Shown here: piece after piece, positions 26,466 through 40,500 of the stretch
Layout of the letters: each line of letters starts with the position of its first letter
Position numbering within the stretch: position 1 is the stretch's first letter
Assembly (NCBI GenBank): GCA_976551045.1
Contig: CDPCPM010000054.1
Span: 32,178,001-32,242,000 of the forward strand
DNA: 64,000 nt
Source of the DNA: Glaucostegus cemiculus
Lineage: Eukaryota
Reading direction: 5' to 3'
Program-made: the position numbers and the translations under genes
The notes under the pieces: generated by a model
Told to the model about the DNA's origin: nothing
Seen by the model: the letters and a program-made list of their open reading frames with translations, nothing else
Databases searched by the model: none

Positions 26466-28084
26466 TCACTGCATTCTGCCCCCCCCCCCCCCCCCAAACC
26501 AAATAAAGCAAAACTCCAGACCCACAAGAAATGCTTAACTCTTTACTGGTCTCCAAATCAATGCAGTTCAAGGGTAATTATAGATAGGAAATGAAGTGTT
26601 GTCCCTGCAACACCTATATTTTTTGATTTTTCTTTATTATAAATACATTCAATTTGTGTATTTTTTTGGAAGAAAAACAGAACAAACTTCTACTGAGGAA
26701 AGTGGAAAATACCTATTGAACTTCTACAGTAGGTAAATCAAACATATTAAACTGCACATCCTATCCACACTTAAAGATTCCAAACAGTTTGAATGCTGCT
26801 GCCAATGTTACAACAACTAATGCAGATTGTGGTGCCAGCAGCCAATGAAAATGCCAGCCAATTTTTTTGCCATTCCTTTTCAAGTATTTTTCCATTTAGT
26901 CAAGCCAAATATCTGTTGCATGACAATTTTCCTTGGACTGAACTCTACTCCCCTGCCAAACCAAACAGGCTTGATAACTTCAAGAAACACATTATGACAG
27001 ATGCACATACTTCTCTTCAATTTACATTCTAAATTTTGTCTGTTTTCTTTCCACTTATCTCTGCCTGTGCGTCATATTCATGCATTTTATTGCAACTTGC
27101 ATGTTAACAGTAATTATTTCCCTCTTAAGAGGTTGACAAAATGCAAGAACATTGTAAAATGTCTGTTTTAGCTTTTATCCTTCATTATCATCAACCTTGT
27201 CTAACTGCTGTAGGCATCTTCTGCATTAATGTTTCACTGGTCGAAGTATCAAAGCTCTGCACAGTTTTCTTCGTATTTTTGCTTCATGTACTGTTAATAG
27301 CAACATTTTGTTCTCATTTTTATTGATTTAAGACTTCACTTTTTCCACCCCTTAGTTGTTTTACACAATTCTTCTGGCTTAGTGTACAGTATTTTCCCCA
27401 ATATTTCTTGATTTCTACACCAATCTTAGTGAAGCTTGCTAGATAATTTTAAATTGGCTTTAATTCTGCCTAAATTGAGTTATTCATTCACCTTGTCAGT
27501 AAAATAAACTGAAGCTTCATTACCCAGCCAACAGCAGGTTGTGTTGAGTTTAAAAGCCCAATGAAAGATACATCCAAAGCAGTCTAAAGAGGATAGAGAG
27601 CAGAACTGAAGATATTTCTGCAACAGCAGGTGATAAACCCCAGAATTGGGTAACAGTAGACGACAGAGAGCAACTTTAGGGAATATTGCAATATCAATCA
27701 GATTGAGGCTGTCTACTTTGCTCAAGAGGCAGTAAACCATTAAATATCAGCAGCAATACCATTAGCCATTTGGATCCAAATAACCCATCCTTGGAATAAA
27801 CTATATGCTGGAACTATCTTCAAAAACAAGAACTGCACAAAAAACAATTCAACAAATTCGATCGATTAGCTTCTGCTTTGGGTCCAGTCTGATTCTTTCT
27901 AGCATTGCAACTTATTCCTCTAGTTTAACAAAATCATAGCTTTCATTCCCATTTGAATCATTAAAATGAGGCATCAAAATAACAGGTCCAGGATATTTTA
28001 AACATTTCCACCAGCCTTCTGCAATGCTGAACCACTTCCATATACCAAAACAGCACAGTTGTTTGCTATCCTCATTGAAAATTA

Positions 28085-28312
28085 CAAGAATCTGGAAGGG
28101 TTGATGCTGAGAAGCTACTTCCTCAGCCTGGGCATCTATATTCTCTCAAAATAGCCCATAAGGAGCCAGAAGAGGAGAAACTTGTTCACTTAGGGGTCTG
28201 TAAATCTTTAGAATTCTTTACCATGGAGCATGGTGGATGCTCCAATCATTGAAAGAACTAGATAGGTTTTTGGACTCAAAGGAATCAAGTGACCTGGCAG
28301 GGAAGTGGACCT
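28085..28312 (+). mobile_element. CR1 LINE 3' fragment
   Basis: GGGTTGATGCTGAGAAG...AGGAGAAACTTGTTCACT...GAATTCTTTACC...GATAGGTTTTTGGAC...GGAATCAAG, CR1 ORF2 C-terminal pattern. Confidence 0.55.
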
Positions 28313-28942
28313 TAATTACTGATTTATAATACAAAGCCAATAGTTGCATGTGTGCTCAAGGAGAGGCAGAGCACCAAGATAATCAGTTCCTTCAGTACAT
28401 GGCAAGAAGATATGCCGTACATAGAACATCCAGAGAATCCTGGTCTCACCACCTCCCTCCATAAACAAGATACGTGATGAAAGTCTGAAGAATGTAAATC
28501 ACTTTGTGAAGGTAGATAAATACAAAAATCTACTACCTCCCCCCCCAAGTTTGCCCCCCTTTCCACCACACCCCCCCCAAAAAAAAGGCAGCAACAACGA
28601 GATACCTCATAGCACAGAAGTATCAATAATGCTGTCTATATAAAATCCTCCAAATCTATTGACTAGACAGGCAAACAAATGCAAGTCTCCTTTCCCAGAC
28701 CAGCATTCCTAGCAATCTTTGATTACATTCAACCAAATCCAATGGGCTGGCCACATCGTTATTCTATCTTGCTGTCTCCAGTGTTGCACACATTCATTCA
28801 AATGTATAGGTCCCAGATATCCCTTCTAATGGCTAGAAATTCATCCCACCATTGCACTAAACATGCTAACTGCACCTTTCAATCTAATGAATTTTGGAGG
28901 AAGAGTGCCATCAATGGAGTGAATGTCAAAGGCAGAGTGCAA

Positions 28943-29168
28943 TGGTAATTAGTTTATTATTGTCACATGTACCAATATACAGTGAAAAACTTTTGCATGT
29001 CATCCAGACAGATCATTTCAAAACACAAGTACATCGAGGTAGTACAACAGGAAAAGCAATAACGAAATGCAGAATATAGTGTTACAGTTACAGAGAAAGT
29101 GCAGTGCAGGTAAATAATCAGATGCAATGGCCATGACGAGGTAGATTGTGAGATCAAGAGTTCATCTT
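28943..29168 (-). mobile_element. Rex1/Babar-type LINE 3'UTR fragment
   Basis: Reverse complement of 55612-55832 (GTTTATTATTGTCACATGTACC...CAGATCATTTCA...AATGCAGAA...GTTACAGTTACAGAG). Confidence 0.75.
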
Positions 29169-30379
29169 CCTGTTGATGAATAAACAGTGAGCCCCAGATT
29201 GATGCAAGCAGGATTGATATCATTTCAGCAACACATATTGCCCACTCTTAAAGTCAGTATGCCAGCTCCTTCATCAGCAAGTGTCATGCAAAGTCAATGT
29301 GCTAGCAGCAGCAAAGTATAGTTCATAACGATTCCTCAATGCCACGAACACCTCAAAGTCTCTTACTTAAACAAATAGCAGCTTTTGTTCTGTTACACCT
29401 TGTAGAATTAGGAAATAATCTTTTAAGGAAACACTGCAGATTAAGCATTTGGGTGAGAAAAGAAGTCAAAGGCAATGTTTGGTTTAGCCACCTTTTTAAA
29501 CTATTTGACACTTGGGTCCACATTTTCAGGGTAACTTTTACATTCATTTTAAAAATTGCCTGAACAATTTTAATTACTTTAATATAGGATTAGAGATTGA
29601 AGGGTGTTTTAAAGATTTAAGCAGAGGGCTGCAAGATCAATGGAGTAGTAGTCTACCTGGATCAAATCATCGATAGCTATCTGGTTACCCTGCACAAACT
29701 TGTAAAATACTATTTGTACAATGATAGAATGATACCCATTTCTATTTATGAATGGCACTCTAATGACAGCATGTGTGAAGTTAGTGATGACCTGGATGCT
29801 GGAAATAAAAACGACTGCTAAGAATATACGACCCTTCAAGTTGATTGCTGAAGTTAGTAGGGAAGATATGATTGTTCACGCCTCCAAACAAATCATTAGT
29901 CATCTACTTAATGCAGTCCCAACTGCTGCCTGCAAAGGTGAACAGTGATGGCTTCTGTAGCAGATGGTAAAAAGTTAAAGGCTTCGAGAGGCATGAAATC
30001 AGGCATCTCCTCCTTTCAACATCCTGGCTGGCACAGCACAGCCAGTTGAAGCACCACTTTACAAATAGATCAAGAACAGACACCTACTCAATACACTGAG
30101 AGTGTTGGTACTGAAAGCTACACATTGCTCCCAAGAATGGTTGGGCCTCTTCCTCTGACTGTTGCTGCCTGCAGAAGGAATTACCAATAAAGGCAGTCTA
30201 ATCTTGGAAAAGCAATCGCAAAGGGAGAAAAATTGCAAAGGGAGATATAACATTGAAGTTATGCAACCTGCTGTCTGGAAGCTAACAAAATGTAATAGTG
30301 CATTGAGCACAACAGGGATGTCACTTACTTTCAGCTTCTGATTTCAATCCAATTAAGTTTTATTAAACACCAAAACATT

Positions 30380-30755
30380 TACATTATGAAATATTTTTTA
30401 TAACCTCAGGACCTCAAAGTATTTTACAGGTGAAGTACTGATTTACGGTATGGAAATGTAGGCTTTAGTACAAGAAATATGCAAGCTATTATGTGCACAA
30501 CAACCATATTCAAAAGTTGATCATGTCCAGATAATCTGTTGCTCATGATGTTGATCAAGGAATAAAGAGGCCTATGGCACTGCGATAATTTGTGCTTCTA
30601 CAGTCCTTTACATTCTGAAAGATGGTAGTTGCAACAGTGCCTTACTCCTTTGTGCTGCTGTATCAGCTTGGATCTTTGAGCTCAAGCTTCTTGATTGGGA
30701 CTTGCACATACAATCTTGTGCTTCAGAGATAAGCCACCAAAGCCAAAGCTGACAG
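30380..30755 (-). mobile_element. Deu-domain SINE (SacSINE1/AmnSINE1-like), near full length, degraded
   Basis: ACCTCAGGAC...CCAGATAATCTGTT...GATGTTGATCAAGGAATAAA...CTGAAAGATGG...ACAGTGC...GCTCAAG...GGGACTTGCAC (antisense B-box)...GCCAAAGCTGACA. Confidence 0.6.
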
Positions 30756-31479
30756 AGCAAATTTGATGCAGAGTAGGACAAGCATTTAGATAATAGACTG
30801 CAAATTTACAACCACCCGGGGTAGATGTCTCCCCCTAGATTGAAAACACTGAAAATGGCATCCCTTCATTTATCAGGAACAAAGTGCAAATTTCCAGCCT
30901 GTACTTTTAACACCCGATCTATCAATCTGTTTCCATGTGGCCTTATGTCAAACCATATCAATCTTAAATCAGAAATTTATGCAGATGTAAAAGCAAACTG
31001 GCAATTACTCTAAAAGTGTTCATCTTGTCCTCAATCACCCTATGTTTTTGGGCGGGTTGCTCCCTAGTCTGCACTTTTACATGGAGAATTAGCTGTTACT
31101 GCCAAGGACATCACTATAACTTTCAGAATGGTCTGGCACCATGCACACACAATGTTACTTTGTTATTCCACCTACATCCATCTGCCCTTTTTCAATATAA
31201 GCGCCATTCCTTGACCTCTCCATGTTCATTAGATACAAAGCAATATCCATTGCAAATCTACCTAAGACCTTCTTCAAGCCAGCTTCCTGAAATTTTGCCG
31301 ATACCAGTGCTTCAACCTTTCATCACAATCAACATTTAGCAGGGCCCCTGATCAAGTCTCTCTAATTTCCTGCAGTTTTGCCATTGTCCATTGCAGGATC
31401 TCGTCCATACTTTCTATCCTATAACCTGTGCGCATTTAACCACTTTATGCCTCAGTCTTTTCTCCTTTCAGGATCCCAG

Positions 31480-32800
31480 ACAGAAAGGGTGACCCTTATT
31501 TAAAACCATGTTTCTAGTTCCAGATAACCCCACTAGAAGCAGCATTCTCTCAGCATGCACCCCAAGAATCATATGTACTTCAATAGGACCAACTCTCATT
31601 TTAATACTCCAAGAATAAACTATTGCACTGTTTCTAATACAAACATACTTTCCTTAATGTGGAGACCAAACCCATGCATGGTACTCAGTCTCACCAATGC
31701 CTCAAAGATGCATTAACCTTCCCTACTCTATTAAAGAGACAAGGAGTATCAAAGGCCATGATTCCACTGGGGTTCTTAATTACCTGCTGTACCTGCATGC
31801 TAATTTTGTTTCATATCCTAGGATTCCTTTGTACAGCAACATTGTCATCTCTCTCCATTTATTCATTCTTCTTAGCAAAGTGGATAACCTCACATATTTT
31901 CCCCGTGCCCCCCCCCCACCAAGTCTTCTCCATCTGCCAACATCTTGCCCACTTACTTGATCTATCTATATCCCTCGTAGGCTCTGTGTCCACCTCACAA
32001 CTTGTTTACACACCTAGCTTGGGATCATCAGAAAATTCAGCCGCAGTAGTCTCTCCCTTCATCCTACTCATGAATACAGATTATAAATTGTTAAGGCCAC
32101 TGCACCGTTCCTTGTGACATCCCATTTATCCCATGATGACTACCCATTTATCCCAGCTCTGTCTTCTGTTAGTCACTGGCCTATTGATGCTATTACATTA
32201 CTCCCAACCCCATGTGTTCTTATCCTGTGTAGTAACTGCTGGAAATGCAAGAGACATCTACTGGTTCCCTTACCCACTACTGGCCACACACAAACTCTAG
32301 CAAATTTATTTGCCGCTGTATGCTCTGCTTTTCTTACCACTCAAATGTATCTACGGATTCTGTTCTACTTCCATTCAGTTCTGCTTTTACATGTAGTTAA
32401 CCAATCCTATCTAGTCTTTTGCAGCTTTCTATATTCCGGTTTCTTGAACATACCTAATCTCCTGCTCTAATAACATGTAACAGCTGAATTCACATCTTGA
32501 TCAGTGGAGTTTTCTGTTAAGATTGTTTCTAACGTTTCTTACAAATCAAACCATCAAGTGCCTTCAGACTGTATTTGGGAGTTCCACCCCCCAGTTCCTG
32601 CTCTGAAAATCTTGCCTTCATTTCCTTCACCCTTAACTGGAAACTTCACTTACTTCCCTCTTCTGACGGAAAACTTATTCCTTTCAACAATTTTCATCTT
32701 CAAGTCTTTTCATCTTCAAGTCTTTTCTTTCACCTAAAAAGAGTCACTAATTCTGGATTCATCCCGTTTCTTGATATACTAATCCACAGGCCTTGACCTT
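31480..32800 (-). mobile_element. Degraded CR1 LINE ORF2 fragments
   Basis: Antisense CR1-like blocks (CTAGTTCCAGATAACCCCACTAG; TTCTTAATTACCTGCTGTACCTGCATGCTAA; AAAGTGGATAACCTCACAT; GTCACTGGCCTATTGATGCT); the + ORFs here are antisense artefacts. Confidence 0.6.
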
Positions 32801-35014
32801 TCACCTTAAGTTCATACTCAAGAACTCTACATTTAGTGACAATTTATACTCCAAGTAGTGCAATTATTTCTTCAGATTAGCCATTGCCTCCTTTCACCTC
32901 AAGAATGATCCAAACATTTGAACTGTAAATAACTCTGAAACCTTTGGCTGGATGTGACCTTCATCAGTCGATAACCTGACACTACAGATGACTGAACTTC
33001 CACTGGAATTAATAAAGAGAATCATACAAAGCCGGCAGGTTATCCGCAATACCAGAATACCACCCGAACAATGATGACAGCTTGCTTCTTGTGGGGAAAA
33101 CCTCTGCCTCCTCCCCTCCCCCCACAAAAAAAGTCACACCTCTCCTGTGGTCAAAATTGAGATGTTCGTGTATCGCTTTCAGGCATGATCCCAAAAACTA
33201 ACAAATGTGTCATTTTCTCAGTTCTAGTTTTAATAACTAAATTCAAATAACCAATTATATAATTTTAAAAATTCTGCCAATAAAGCAATGCAACATACTG
33301 AAGTTACATATAATATCCTTTAAGTTAGCCAGTTAAATTACCAAATTGGCACAATTTGTACAAGCTACATTTATACTGTACACTTTCGCCTTTCATCTCA
33401 CTTTAACCTGCTTTGTCAATGAAATCCATATTCCTTCCATCTTTCACACCAGGTGGAAGAAAAAAAAATCACCATGAGTGCCAATATCCTCCCCAAAGCT
33501 GCTGTTAGGAATGTTAAGGCAATAATCCCCCTGTACTAACATTATTGAACCAATCACTGTGGATGGGTGTCAGATTTTAGTCTCCCTGACAGGCCCTCTA
33601 CTCCCAGCTCAACCACAGTCAGAGGGAATACAAGGGCACTTATAAGTGTCTCTCAAGGCAGCAGATGTATACATCACAAGTCAAGAGTCACCTTGTTGGT
33701 ACTTTTCCTCCATAAGGACATTGCCCGCTTTGAAAAGTTCTCTATTCCCCCAAACCAACAGGTACTGGCAGGCAATGAAGGAAAGGTAAAGAACCTCATA
33801 TCTGGAAGCACTGCACTACATGAAACATCTGTCCCTTCTGTGGACAGCTTTGTGGTTCTATAATTGGACAACACAGACAGAGCCGCTAAATAACTCTACA
33901 GTACTGACCATCTTTGAACAGAGTGATTGCCAATAATGACAATGACATGGATGGCTGCCACTCCCTACTCCATTTGTCTGTTCCTAGTATTTCACCAACA
34001 GTATGAAAGGTTTCTTTGGACATTCCAACCTTTTGAAATACTCAGTCTTGGTCAGCTAGAAACTGCCCACAATTTTTTTTTTAAAGAATCATAATGAGCA
34101 CAATTTATCTAGAGATATAATAAAATTAAGTGTTCTTAACCACATTCAGGATTAGAACTTAATTAGAACTCCAAATTAATTACTGTGATAATTTTTAAGT
34201 AATATCCTGAAATCATTCTATTAAATTGCTCTAATCCTCTTCTAATATAGAGGCAACTTTTTGAAATAGGGATAGATATATAGTTTTTTGGCCTTTAAAA
34301 TGTCCAACGGTTGTTTGATGAGTTGAAGTGGCTATGTTCAGTGAGGAAAAGTCATAACTTTCTATCAATTTCATTTACCCACTTTATTAAAGTGTTTATT
34401 GCATTCTACTTAAATCCATTCAATTAGAAAAGATTTTAAATACCATGGTCAGCTAACAAATCATCCATAACCAGCATCGCTACTTTACATGCATCAGTGT
34501 GAACAGGTGGCCAGGAAGAGACAAAGGAGAATCCTATCTGCTGCTCCCTAACAACAAACACTATCAACTGATTTTCCAATGTAAAACATAGTTGCTACAT
34601 TAGTGAATGAAAGTTAACCCTCAAGGTGAAAACCCTTTCTAATGTTAAATTCCAAGTCAAACTGAAAGGTTTCTCATTTTCAAAATTCCAATTATTTCAC
34701 ACTAATTAAGTTTACCAATTTCACTAGCATAAGCCTCCTTAAACAGCCTTCTGAAACAGCCTAAGCTATTAGAACAGATTTATCAAAAGCATATACCACC
34801 AGATGTATAGATCACAATCCAATGCTTTGAAGTCTATGTTCATTTGCCCTATTAAAGAACAAGCAGAGATTGGCTTCATCGCCTTCCCCCACCGCCAGCA
34901 CCCCACCTGCCCCCACCCCCCTACAAGTATATCCTACAAGGTATGAAGTCCAAAATTGGTATCTCATTTGGACTACCACATTTCCTTTCTGAAAGGCCAG
35001 CATACCATGTCTCC

Positions 35015-35375
35015 TTAGAGTCACACAGCACAGAACCAGGCCCTTTGTCCCCAAGTTCACTGACCACCAACCTAGTTACACTAATCCTACACTCATCCCA
35101 TTATTATTGTCCTCACATTTCCATCACTTCTCCCACTCCAGATTCTGCCACTCACCTGCATTTTGGAGGCAATATATAGTGCAGGTTACTCAGCTACATC
35201 TTTAGGACAAGGGAGGAAACCAAAGCACCCAGGAGGCAATCAGTGGGGAAACAAATGTGATCTACATATTTGCTGGGGGAAATGTGCTTTCTGTGTGGGT
35301 TTTGTACGAGTGCAGGATTAAACCTGGGTCACTGGAGCTGTAGGGCAGCAGCTCAACCAGCTCTGCCAGTGTGCT
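35015..35375 (-). mobile_element. V-SINE (HE1-like) copy with CR1-derived tail
   Basis: TAGAGTCACACAGCACAGAACCAGGCCCTT tail; GGGAGGAAACCAAAGCACCCAGGAG core; GGATTAAACCTGGGTCACTGGAGCTG antisense tRNA-like head. Confidence 0.65.
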
Positions 35376-36289
35376 AACACTTGGTTGTTTGGTAAACCAG
35401 CACATTTATTTTCATTGTCTCATGAACCAGCATACAAAGATGCATCTGCACATTGTTTTTTTTAAGCCTTCCTATTAGAGTCCATGACATCACATTTTTC
35501 CCACTATGCACCATTCCTAACCTTTTAGCTACTCCCCAATTCAGCCTACAGCACCTGGAGTCATACAGAGGGAATGGAATCATTCTCAAGTAACCAACTC
35601 CTGTCTTTTCATTTAAGTCATTAATTTAAACAACAATAGCCAAGGGCTTGGTATCAACTTTTGCAGCACACCATGCCATCATGAAAACAATCCATTTAGA
35701 CTTGTCTATCTTTGTTTGGGACTAACATCTTACCACCTAAACCCATTATGCCATTTAATCACCTTTTTTTGGTATTTGGATTTTCACAAGTCAATTTTCA
35801 AAATTATATCCTCAAATACACTTGAGATCTGACAACCACCATTTTTCCCCTTCATAAAACCATTCTGACCAACTAATAATTGATTTTTTTTCCCTCTCTA
35901 CCCAGCTATTATGTTCTGAATAATGGATTCCAGCATTTGGCTGAACAAAGTTGTCACACTAATGGAACTATAGTCTCCTACTTTCCTCTCCCCCCTTCCT
36001 GAAATAGCTTGATTTTTCTTTGAAATTTGCCATATTCCTTTTCTAATAGTTTGCTAAAAAGACAACCAATGGGTGATTAACTAGGTGGCAGTGGCTCAAT
36101 TTCAACAAGAGAATAGTGTAAAGTACAGAAAGGAACTTCCAAATATTGTAACCTAGACAGTGAGCAGCTTGTCCCAAGTGATTGTGGTTGGGGCAGGGTG
36201 GTGGAGGGGAGAAATGAGAGACTCAAGTAGCTACAGACAAAGATTTGGGTGGAAGGGTGAAAGCAAGAGGTTGCAGGATTAGGTTATCC

Positions 36290-37170
36290 ACCTCATCTCA
36301 GTCTAAAATTTCACAGGTTTCAATGAGATAACCTCATTCTTCTAAACGAGAGAATATAGACCTGGTCCACTTAATCTCTCACATAGCAAGCCTACAATCT
36401 AAGGAACCCTCGTGAGTCCTCATTGCACTTCAACTGTACCTACTACTTTAGGTGTGGTGTCAAGGCCTTGTATAATTGCAGAAATACATCATTACTCCTT
36501 TGCTCAAATCCTCTTGCCCTGAAAAGGTAAACATACCATTTACCTTCCTGATTGCTTGCTTCACAAACATGTTAACTTTCAGTGATCTGTGTACAAGGAC
36601 ATCTATATCCCTTTGAACAAGTTTTCCCATTCTCACCATTAAAAAAATATTCTGCTTTTGTGGTTTTGTAAATTACATGACCTCATTTTCCCCTCATTAT
36701 ACTCTATTTGCTATACTCCTGCCCACTCACTTAGCTTGTCCATTCGCTCTCTCCACTTCCTCCCTACCCCCAAATAAACTTTACAGGCCCTACTTTCACT
36801 CCCACCTATTTTTGTATCAGCAGCAAACTTGGATAAACAACATTAGGCCAAATAGTTCATATAGATCAAATAGCTGGGGTCCACAATTTGCTTTGACTGC
36901 TAAACAATTCTCAATCCATATCAATACATAACTCCTAAATCCAAATGCTCCCCACCTTATAGATCAACCTCCTGTCAAAGACATATCAAAATCCACTGGT
37001 TACCTCTCATCCATTCTATTGGTTATGTTCCCAGAGTACTCCAATAATCAAACATGATTTCCCTTTCAAAATTTATGCTTATTCCAATCACTCCTACTAG
37101 TCTTTGCACAGTTGTGTTATTGCATCCTTCATTCCAACATTTAACCTATTTATGTTAGAGTAACAGGTCA
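36290..37170 (-). mobile_element. Degraded CR1 LINE ORF2 fragment
   Basis: Collinear with 31480-32300 (CTCATTCTTCTAAAC; GCCTTGTATAATTGCAG; ACCATTTACCTTCCTGATTGCTTGC; TTTGTATCAGCAGCAAACTTGG). Confidence 0.6.
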
Positions 37171-37389
37171 ATAGCTCTGAGTACAAGGGATATTGAAAAA
37201 TAGATTAGTAGATGGAAAAGGAAATTTGTTTAAAGGAGATGTTGGACCCTGTGGTATTATTGTGCTGCATATTCAAAGAATCTATATGATACAAAGAAGG
37301 GGATGCACCAGCAGAATAGCAGGGTTAAGAAAAGGTGGGTAATCCAAATATTAAGTAGGCAGTCATTGTGATAGATAGGCTATATGGGG

Positions 37390-37580
37390 ACTGAAATTCA
37401 GCTCAGGTGAACAAGGACTGTGAACAAATTGGGTATATCACTTTGGGTGGTGAATTTAATGGAGATGTTGCTGGAGGCAGAAGAGAAATACAGCAGTTTC
37501 CCAGCATTCAGTTGCAGGAAGTTATGGCCCATCCAGTGCTGGATGTCAGGCAGAGTTTGAAGAGGGCAGCATGAACAAGG
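37390..37580 (-). mobile_element. LINE reverse-transcriptase relic (L2-like)
   Basis: ORF 37398-37637 contains LQTLPDIQHWMGHNFLQLNAGK, like the L2 RT motif DI-W-N-L-LN-K. Confidence 0.5.
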
Positions 37581-40500
37581 AGATACAACCATCTCCATCT
37601 TCTCCTTCAAGTCACAAATAATCCTGAAATCACTCATCCTTCATTGTCATTGGGTCTAACTTTTGGAAATTCCTCAACAAAGAGAAGCTTCACCAGATGA
37701 AAAGTAGCAGCTTAAGGTGGTGGGTCACCATCTCAACCAGAATGAAGAAATCTCAAATGACAGTAAAGTGGTTACCCATTATCAGCTTCATCCTATTATT
37801 CTCCAAGTTTAAATAAACTCTTCTGAAGACTTCTGTATAACACAGCTTTTAATTCAGAACAGCCAGAAAAAAAATGCAGGACCACATTACAGGAGGTTTG
37901 CAAATGTTTATTAATAGAGTGCAACAAGATAAGCTGCCCAGAAATGTGAAGTCAGCTTCCCTCATCTGCTCCTTTACCATTAAATCGACAAACAAGTCAG
38001 TTGATTTCACATTCTAAAAGGCTCTCCCACTAAAGAGGGATTCTGTTTTTCCTTCTGCATCAACTGGATCTAAATCTCTTAAGCTATGGGGTCTTTCTAA
38101 AGAAAAGCTCTGATTATTTCAAAACAAATTTCTGCAGCCCACAGCTCTGTTCTATGCCAAAGCCAAGGTACAGTGCCACTTAGCTGAAAAATGTCAGGCT
38201 AGCCAAAAATACACAAAGGCTAATTGCCTATATTCTTTTATGTCTTTTTTTTAATTTGTTCCCATTTAAAATAGCAAGAACATAGACAAAATTTTGTTAA
38301 ACATGTTCATTCTGTAGAATAACACTTCATCATGAACCAGGTTATATTTTTTTCACATTATCTAATTTAAAAAACACACATCAATTACTTAACATTAAAA
38401 ATTCAAGAGTTTATGTCACTATTACATTTTTTTAAAAATCTTTAAAATGCATCTTAAATTAAACCATTCAGTTTTGGAATCTTTACTGTCCAGTTCATTT
38501 GTTCCAAGATCTGCATCATCATGGGCAAATGGAGACATTGTCCAGAGTAGTAATGATTCTTCCTGGTTTCAGGCATTTATTTTTTTATCAAAATAGAAGC
38601 AAAATTTTCTTCTGTGGTATGCTGAAGAACCTCCAAACTTAAGCACATTTCTTCGAGGCAACAAAGTACATCAGATTGGTCAGCAACATTACTCTTCATC
38701 GATGCGAATCTTCAAAAGATCTCAGTGGAAAATGTACGAATTGCTAAAACATTGCTGACTTGCAGCATCATTTCCAGGAATTACCATAGATCCTGTTAAG
38801 CTCTTTGTACTTGCAATACCATTTGTACACCATAGCTGCAAGCACAATTCTTTGGGACTTGTAATTAATTGGCTGTTGCAGTAATTCCCTTGCAGGATCC
38901 ATGCCTTTGATTATTTTTTTTTAAGCATAAGCATTTTAGTAAAAGTGTGCTCATCTACCACTAAGGTTCAGGAAAAGGTGCACCAATTTTTTGTATACCA
39001 TATGGTTTTATTGCTGAATATACTTAGAAATCAGATGATTTACCATCCACTGCTGCTTTACCAACTTTGAATTCTTTCCAATAGTTAACAGAATGAAATC
39101 AATGTCAGCAACTGTTCTGTTTTCTACTTTTGAGTATTTCTAGTTCTAACTTTCAAGCAACTTCAAGATCAATGCTTAGCAACAACTCCAATGTTAACAA
39201 TTAAACAAGTTCATTGTTAACAACCTTCTGTAACTTTTAAACCATTTTCACTTTCATAAATTAACCAATGAACTAAATATAAACAAACTTCAAATTTACC
39301 TTTGTACTTCAAGGCAGTTTTATAGGTATATGATCCTTCAAATGGTTTCTACACTTGGACCAAAAACAGCTTCCACATAATTCTGGCCATGCATTCCAAA
39401 CGTAGAGCTGGACCGAAGTTAAAGTACAAGGCCTCTTGAAATTTGAATTATCTAAGCACACTCTTAACAGCTTACAATATTACACAAACTGAGCTTCAAG
39501 GATTTTAATTCAGAATATTAAATATCAGCAACAGAATAGAAATTAAACAAGATGCAACACTGATGGTTACTATAAAACTATTGATCCTAGGTAGTGTAAC
39601 AGTAAAATTTATAACAAGATTCTGTGTTTTGTGCTTACTGTGTTCTAGTTTGACCCTGAATACAGGGTAAATGACAGAAATGGAACCTAATTTCAACTAA
39701 AATACCTTCACTATTATTCTTTTAAAAAAAACTTGAATTGCACTGATTTGGTGTTTGGGAGATGTTTGGTTACAAAGGCAGTGCTTTCTCAACCAATTCT
39801 ACCACTATGATGGCTTATGAAATCTTTAAGAGCCAAAATTTCCTGAGATATCTACTCAGTCCAAAATAATTCTTCAAGTGGTAGATTTAAGAGTCTGTTG
39901 TCTTAGCTTGGAAGGTTCAAACCATCAACTTCTCCCAATCAGAACCAGAACACAAGATTCACTTGCATTTCATTGAGAATTCCTTCCCAGGAAGGATCTA
40001 CAGCTATAACCTGCAAGTGGTAAAAAAAAAAAAGCACCCAACAAAACAGTGCATTTGGAATATGGATGCTGGCCAACTTTTAAATCAAAGCACCAAGAAA
40101 CAAAAGTTCTCTTTAGAAAAAATTTAAAAAGAGAAATGCACTTTAACTGAACACTCACTGGAGCACTGTGACCCTCTAAAAGGAAATGTAGGTCACTTTA
40201 TCCAAGTGAAGAGTTGCTGGCAAGCAGAGCAGGGGAAGTGAATTCACAAACTACAAGCTGATACTACTCTGAAAGAGCATGAAAATCATCAACACCATGC
40301 AAATCATGGAGTCAAAGTGATGATCAAAAGCCATCTTCACTTTTAAGTCTCAGATGGACTAGTATCTTCAATTATATTAAATGGCAGTACTGGCTTGTTA
40401 AACCTAGAGTTTGCTGCCACACCTTGCAAAGGATTTCTAAATCTTGGAAAGATTACTGGAGATTAAAATTTTGCTTCAGACTCCTTTAAACTAGTAACAC

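Noticed and set aside
32691-32727. 16-bp tandem duplication TTTTCATCTTCAAGTC
   Set aside because: Only two copies without spacers; ordinary slippage, not a CRISPR-like array.
31659-32796. Run of + strand ORFs up to 152 aa resembling a nested gene
   Set aside because: Antisense to degraded CR1 sequence that recurs at 36290-37170.
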